Shown piece after piece: positions 26,061 through 30,162 of a stretch of 30,162 nt of DNA. Numbering within the stretch: the stretch's first letter is position 1; each line of letters opens with the position of its first letter. This stretch comes from Actinomycetota bacterium (GTDB lineage: Bacteria > Actinomycetota > Actinomycetes > Nanopelagicales > Nanopelagicaceae): the NCBI GenBank assembly GCA_041159565.1, contig JBEAXZ010000001.1, forward strand, positions 1-30,162. The letters are read 5' to 3'. The translations under genes and the position numbers were made by a program. The notes beneath the pieces are model-generated. The model was not told the origin of the DNA. It saw only the letters and a list, made by a program, of their open reading frames with translations, and did not search any database.

Positions 26061-26082
26061 TGTCAGGGCGGGCCGCTAAGGT
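26061..26082 (+). promoter_or_regulatory. PafBC/RecA-NDp-type DNA-damage promoter
   Basis: TGTCAG-N10-TAAGGT matches the mycobacterial consensus TGTCGG-N10-TANNNT. ATG follows 8 nt later. Confidence 0.65.
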
Positions 26083-26098
26083 TCGAACAAATGTTCGA
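26083..26098. promoter_or_regulatory. LexA (SOS) box
   Basis: TCGAAC-AAAT-GTTCGA is a perfect match to the actinobacterial TCGAAC-N4-GTTCGA. It overlaps ATG 26091 and lies upstream of dnaE2/dinB. Confidence 0.9.
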
Positions 26099-26366
26099 AA
26101 AATCTGAAATATACCTAGCTGGCGGCGAACCCATCGAGTTTGTCCACAATGGCCAGCGTTTTCGCATACACACAGTTCTCTCCTCCTGGCGGGAGTCGGG
26201 TGGCTGGTGGAATCGGGCCAGCGATGGCTTATTCCGCCCCGATGATGGATCTCGGATTCTCTGGCGGGTTGAGGCGGCTCCAATCGGGGCGATGAAAACC
26301 TTTGAGATAGAGCGTGAAGAGGGCGTTGGTTTATGGCGGATTCGTCCCACCTCACGCCCGGCTTAA
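26091..26366 (+). CDS. Small DUF6504-like protein (resembles the ImuB C-terminal module)
   Basis: Pattern PIEFVHNGQRFRI..VLSSWRESGGWW...WRVEA...WRI, located directly upstream of dnaE2. Start moved from 26016 to ATG 26091. Confidence 0.65.
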   Translation: MFEKSEIYLAGGEPIEFVHNGQRFRIHTVLSSWRESGGWWNRASDGLFRPDDGSRILWRVEAAPIGAMKTFEIEREEGVGLWRIRPTSRPA

Positions 26367-26378
26367 AAGTTAAAGATC

Positions 26379-29300
26379 ATGAGCTTCACCCATCTACATG
26401 TAGCTAGTGGTTTCTCATTTAAATATGGCACCACTTTGCCTGACGCATTAGTAGCTAAAGCAAGAGATTTTGGCATGCACTCTATGGCTTTAACTGATCG
26501 TGATGGTTTATCCGGTGCTATTAGATTCACTCAAAGCTGTTTGGAAAATCAAATATCTCCAATAATCGGGGTCGATATCTCATATGAAAATCAAACTCGC
26601 ATCACCCTGCTGGCTACACCAGGCAAAGGCTGGTCATCTTTAGTCAGAGTTGTTACCCAACTTAAAAATTATGGCGCTCCTTGTGATCTTAACTTTTTAA
26701 AACAAAACTCAAACTATACTCAAAACCTACTAGCTTTACATGGTCCAGATTCAGAGATTTCCCGGGCTTTAACCTCGAGACGTTATGACAAAGCTTTGTT
26801 AATTTTTAACTCTGCTCGAGATTTATTTATAGATCAAAGTATCGAATGTGTTTCCCATTTGATTTATGGTGATGGTCCGAAATCCACTACCCATGCCGCC
26901 CGCATGCTTAATTTTGCTCGAGATCATGATTTGCCGGCGGTTTTAACCAATGCGGTAAGGATGAAAAGCAGGGAAGATGCACCGATAGCTGATGTATTAG
27001 ATGCCACTCGCAACTTACTGCCTCTACACAAAAAAGTCGTAGAACGTAAAAACGCAGAAGCTTTTTTGAAAAACTCAGATGAGATGATTTTTATTGCCGA
27101 TAAAATCGCAGCTGCTGCTGGAGAAAGAAATGCAAACCAGTTATTAAAAACCACAACAGAATGGGCTGAGCGTGCGGTTTTATCGCCACAATCAGATATC
27201 GGCTTAGGCTCTATCCACCTTCCCGAACCAGATGTTGTGGGCGCTAAATCTCAACTAGAGCTAACCGCACAGCTCCGGAGTCGAGCCTATGCCGGGGTTA
27301 ATTGGCGTTATGGTGGTTTGAGTTCAGAGGTAGAGGAGCGTTTAAATAAAGAGCTCTCCATCATCGCTAGCTTGGGTTATGAATCTTATTTTTTAACAGT
27401 TGCAGATATAACTGACAGAGCACGAAATACTGGAATACGAGTGGCGGCTCGAGGTAGCGGCGCCGGATCTTTGGTCTGTCATCTTTTAGGGATTTCTGGT
27501 GTCGAGCCTCTATCTCTAGGGCTATTAATGGAGCGGTTCTGCTCACCGCTTCGTAAGGCGCTGCCAGATATAGATATAGATGTTGAATCAGCGCGCAGAT
27601 TAGAGATTTATGATCAAGTCTTTGAGAGTTACCAACAACGCTGCGCCACGGTTGCGATGTTTGATAAGTATCGAGCCCGTCATGCGATTCGAGATGTAGG
27701 TGCGGCGCTATCACTGCCACCGATGGAGATAGATTTAGTAGCAAAGTCCCTACCTCATATTCGAGCTCGAAATATCTCTCAGGCTTTAGAAAATCTGCCA
27801 GAGTTAAAGAACCTTAATCTGACATCTGGAACTTGGAAGATGGCAATTGGCCTAGCTGAAAGATTAGATGGCTTGCCACGAAACTTGGCGATGCATCCTT
27901 GTGCGGTAGTTATCTCAGATATCGGTCTTTATGATCGCGCCCCAATAGAAATAAATGCCAGCAACTACCCGATGGTGCAGTGGGATAAGGATGATGTAGA
28001 AGCTATTGGGCTATTAAAGCTAGATATTCTCGGAGTCAGAATGCAGTCAGCCTTAGCTTACTCAGTATCTGAGCTGAAAAGGAGCGCAAATCTTTCTCTT
28101 GATTTAGATGCTATTCCACTAGATGATCCAAAAACCTTCGAACTTATTCAATCAACCAAGACATTGGGTTTATTCCAAATTGAAAGTCCAGGTCAGCGAG
28201 AGTTAGTGGGGAAGTTCGCTCCACAAAGTTTTACCGATTTAATTATTGATATCTCACTTTTCCGCCCCGGCCCAGTTAAGAGCGACATGATTACCCCATT
28301 TCTAAATGCTCGCCAAGGCTGGAAAGATAGAGAGATTTTTCATCCCGACTTATTAGAGATTCTCGATGACACTGAAGGGGTAGTTGTTTTCCATGAACAG
28401 GTAATTGAAATCATCGCGACACTAGGTGGAGTTACCTTGGCGCAAGCCGATGAAAAACGCCGTGCTTTAGGGGATAAGAAGGGTCAACAAGAGGTTTGTG
28501 ATTGGTTTTTTCCAGCAGCCACAGCACGGGGCTACTCCCTAGAGGTTGTTACCAAGATGTGGGAGGTGCTGCGCGCCTTCGCCTCCTTCGGATTTTGTAA
28601 AGCCCATGCTGCAGCTTTTGCTTTGCCTACCTATCAATCAGCCTGGCTAAAGGCCCATTACCCAGCAGCTTTTTTAGCTGGGGTCTTAACCCATGATCCA
28701 GGAATGTACCCAAAGCGTTTGATACTTGATGAGGCAAGAAGGTTTGGCGTGAAGATTGAAAAGCTTGATATCAATAAATCTGACCGCAGCTACAGAGTTG
28801 AAAATGATTCCAGTATTCGCCTGGCCCTGGCTGATATCTCTGGAATTAGCGATAGTGAGATTGATGCGATATTGAGTAATCGCCCCTTTGTTGATTTGGC
28901 TGATTTTGTGCACCGCAGTGGCGTAAGCCGTCCTACCTGTGAAGCACTGTTAATGGTTGGAGCTTTTGATGCTTTATATCCCGACACTTTGAATCGTAGG
29001 GATTTATTACTGCATTTAAATGATCTATATAAATGGTCCCGCACCTCAAGCAAGGCGTTATCTAATTTAAGTGGCTCTCAACTCACCTTTGGTTTTACCC
29101 CCGAGTTATCTAAAACCGGTTTACCTGATCTGCAGGCCCACGAACAGGTTAGAAATGAAATAGAGTTTTTAGGGATGGATATCTCTCATCACATGATGGA
29201 GTTCTATGCTGAGTTTTTAAATCAAATCGGAGCGGTTAAATCCTCAGATTTAATAAAACAACGCTCTAACTCCTCAATTCTAGTGGCTGGAGTAAAGGTG

Positions 29301-29558
29301 ATTTTGCAAACCCCGCCTATCCGATCCGGTAAAAGAGTTATCTTCGTAACCCTAGATGATGGCAATGGTTGTAGCGATGCAACCTTTTTTGAAGATGCCC
29401 AACGTTCTTATGCTGAGACGCTCTATAACTCAAAATTACTTTTAGTCAGAGGTAATTTACGTCGCACAGGTGCCCGTGGTGTTTCAATAAGAGCAACAGG
29501 GGCGTGGGATTTATCAGCCGCCTATGAAAAGTGGCGTAATCTCGCGCTCTGTGAGTGA
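26379..29558 (+). CDS. dnaE2: Error-prone DNA polymerase III alpha subunit DnaE2
   Basis: PHP-like HLHVAS and ALTDRD with degenerate metal ligands; RGSGAGS, catalytic PDIDID, HPCAVV, KLDILG and FGFCKAHAA; C-terminal OB fold; SOS box upstream. Confidence 0.92.
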   Translation: MSFTHLHVASGFSFKYGTTLPDALVAKARDFGMHSMALTDRDGLSGAIRFTQSCLENQISPIIGVDISYENQTRITLLATPGKGWSSLVRVVTQLKNYGAPCDLNFLKQNSNYTQNLLALHGPDSEISRALTSRRYDKALLIFNSARDLFIDQSIECVSHLIYGDGPKSTTHAARMLNFARDHDLPAVLTNAVRMKSREDAPIADVLDATRNLLPLHKKVVERKNAEAFLKNSDEMIFIADKIAAAAGERNANQLLKTTTEWAERAVLSPQSDIGLGSIHLPEPDVVGAKSQLELTAQLRSRAYAGVNWRYGGLSSEVEERLNKELSIIASLGYESYFLTVADITDRARNTGIRVAARGSGAGSLVCHLLGISGVEPLSLGLLMERFCSPLRKALPDIDIDVESARRLEIYDQVFESYQQRCATVAMFDKYRARHAIRDVGAALSLPPMEIDLVAKSLPHIRARNISQALENLPELKNLNLTSGTWKMAIGLAERLDGLPRNLAMHPCAVVISDIGLYDRAPIEINASNYPMVQWDKDDVEAIGLLKLDILGVRMQSALAYSVSELKRSANLSLDLDAIPLDDPKTFELIQSTKTLGLFQIESPGQRELVGKFAPQSFTDLIIDISLFRPGPVKSDMITPFLNARQGWKDREIFHPDLLEILDDTEGVVVFHEQVIEIIATLGGVTLAQADEKRRALGDKKGQQEVCDWFFPAATARGYSLEVVTKMWEVLRAFASFGFCKAHAAAFALPTYQSAWLKAHYPAAFLAGVLTHDPGMYPKRLILDEARRFGVKIEKLDINKSDRSYRVENDSSIRLALADISGISDSEIDAILSNRPFVDLADFVHRSGVSRPTCEALLMVGAFDALYPDTLNRRDLLLHLNDLYKWSRTSSKALSNLSGSQLTFGFTPELSKTGLPDLQAHEQVRNEIEFLGMDISHHMMEFYAEFLNQIGAVKSSDLIKQRSNSSILVAGVKVILQTPPIRSGKRVIFVTLDDGNGCSDATFFEDAQRSYAETLYNSKLLLVRGNLRRTGARGVSIRATGAWDLSAAYEKWRNLALCE

Positions 29559-29562
29559 ACCC

Positions 29563-30162
29563 ATGCCAGAACATTCCACGATTCTGCATGTAGATATGGA
29601 TGCATTTTTTGCATCTGTCTCAGAGCTGGATTACCCGCAGTACAAAGGTAAAGCCTTAGTAGTGGGTGCCGGAGCGCGCGGTGTAGTTCTATCGGCAAAT
29701 TACGAGGCTAGAAAATTCGGCATCAGAGCTGCGATGCCGGTTGCTCGAGCGCAACGTATGGCGCCAAATGCAATCTTTATCCCACCAAATCATGAAAGGT
29801 ATTCAGAGGTATCTCGCAAAGTAATGGAGATCTTTCTGGAGTTCACCCCATATGTCGAGCCACTTTCTTTAGATGAAGCATTCCTTGATGTCACTGGCTC
29901 GAGGAGATTATTTGGCACTGGTCGAGAAATTGCAGAGTTGATTAGAAAACGGGTTTTTGAACAGGAGAAAATCACCTGTTCGGTTGGAATCGCCTCAACC
30001 AAGTTCATCGCAAAGTTAGCCTCTGGACGTTGCAAGCCAAATGGGGTTTTAGAGATTGCGCCGGATCGAGTTTTAACTTTTCTGCACCCACTTCCAGTTA
30101 GTGAAATTTGGGGAGTAGGGCCAAAGACCAATGAAGAGTTGCAGAGATTGGGGTTGCGTACC
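29563..30162 (+). CDS. dinB: DNA polymerase IV (Y-family), N-terminal part; runs off the right edge
   Basis: Not in the ORF track because it is truncated. Reads MPEHSTILHVDMDAFFASV...SANYEARKFG...SLDEAFLD...SVG...KFIAKLAS...IWGVGPKT. An alternative in-frame GTG is at 29551. Confidence 0.93.
   Translation, partial: MPEHSTILHVDMDAFFASVSELDYPQYKGKALVVGAGARGVVLSANYEARKFGIRAAMPVARAQRMAPNAIFIPPNHERYSEVSRKVMEIFLEFTPYVEPLSLDEAFLDVTGSRRLFGTGREIAELIRKRVFEQEKITCSVGIASTKFIAKLASGRCKPNGVLEIAPDRVLTFLHPLPVSEIWGVGPKTNEELQRLGLRT

Noticed and set aside
25987-26355. Minus-strand ORFs (122 aa and 95 aa) and long starts at 26016 and 26035
   Set aside because: They cross the divergent promoter and SOS-box region; the DUF6504-like plus-strand frame from 26091 fits the promoter and gene context better.
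29559-30162. Apparent ORF-free right end with a 113-aa minus-strand ORF, suggesting a pseudogene
   Set aside because: The plus strand is an uninterrupted dinB reading frame cut by the window edge.
1-30162. CRISPR array, IS/transposase, integrase, tRNA/rRNA, anti-phage system
   Set aside because: No regularly spaced repeats, terminal inverted repeats or matching protein motifs were seen. Intergenic gaps are all about 140 bp or shorter and largely explained by promoters, terminators or the riboswitch.

Overview
Gene-dense, moderate-GC chromosomal window from an actinobacterium. Many genes abut or overlap and several are apparently leaderless, which fits a streamlined freshwater lineage such as acI/Nanopelagicales (inference). 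From left to right: glgA (truncated)/glgC, pfkA, class II DAHP synthase, ogt, ltaE, an EamA transporter, nfo and a PASTA Ser/Thr kinase. Next is a TPP-riboswitch-like leader driving a PnuC-family transporter plus a coupled P-loop kinase. A carotenoid cluster follows (crtYc/Yd, crtB, crtI, crtE, then CrtD-like, GT2, CruF-like, CrtA-like and an alpha/beta hydrolase), with metF and a CDP-alcohol transferase in the middle. The right part holds YbaK, a tauE-aquaporin-arsC operon, doxX, a secreted 5'-nucleotidase and a DUF6504-like/dnaE2/dinB (truncated) mutagenesis cassette. No rRNA, tRNA, CRISPR array or mobile element was recognised. The strongest leads are: (1) a TPP-like riboswitch whose pyrimidine-sensing half is intact but whose pyrophosphate-sensing P4/P5 half is rearranged, controlling a Pnu transporter and a kinase of unknown substrate; (2) a PafBC-type promoter plus a perfect LexA box on an imuAB-less dnaE2-dinB cassette; (3) three divergent gene pairs sharing the same overlapping -10/-10 architecture; (4) tandem RosR/MarR-like operators over the doxX promoter. 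All calls come from reading motifs by eye; no database searches were run.
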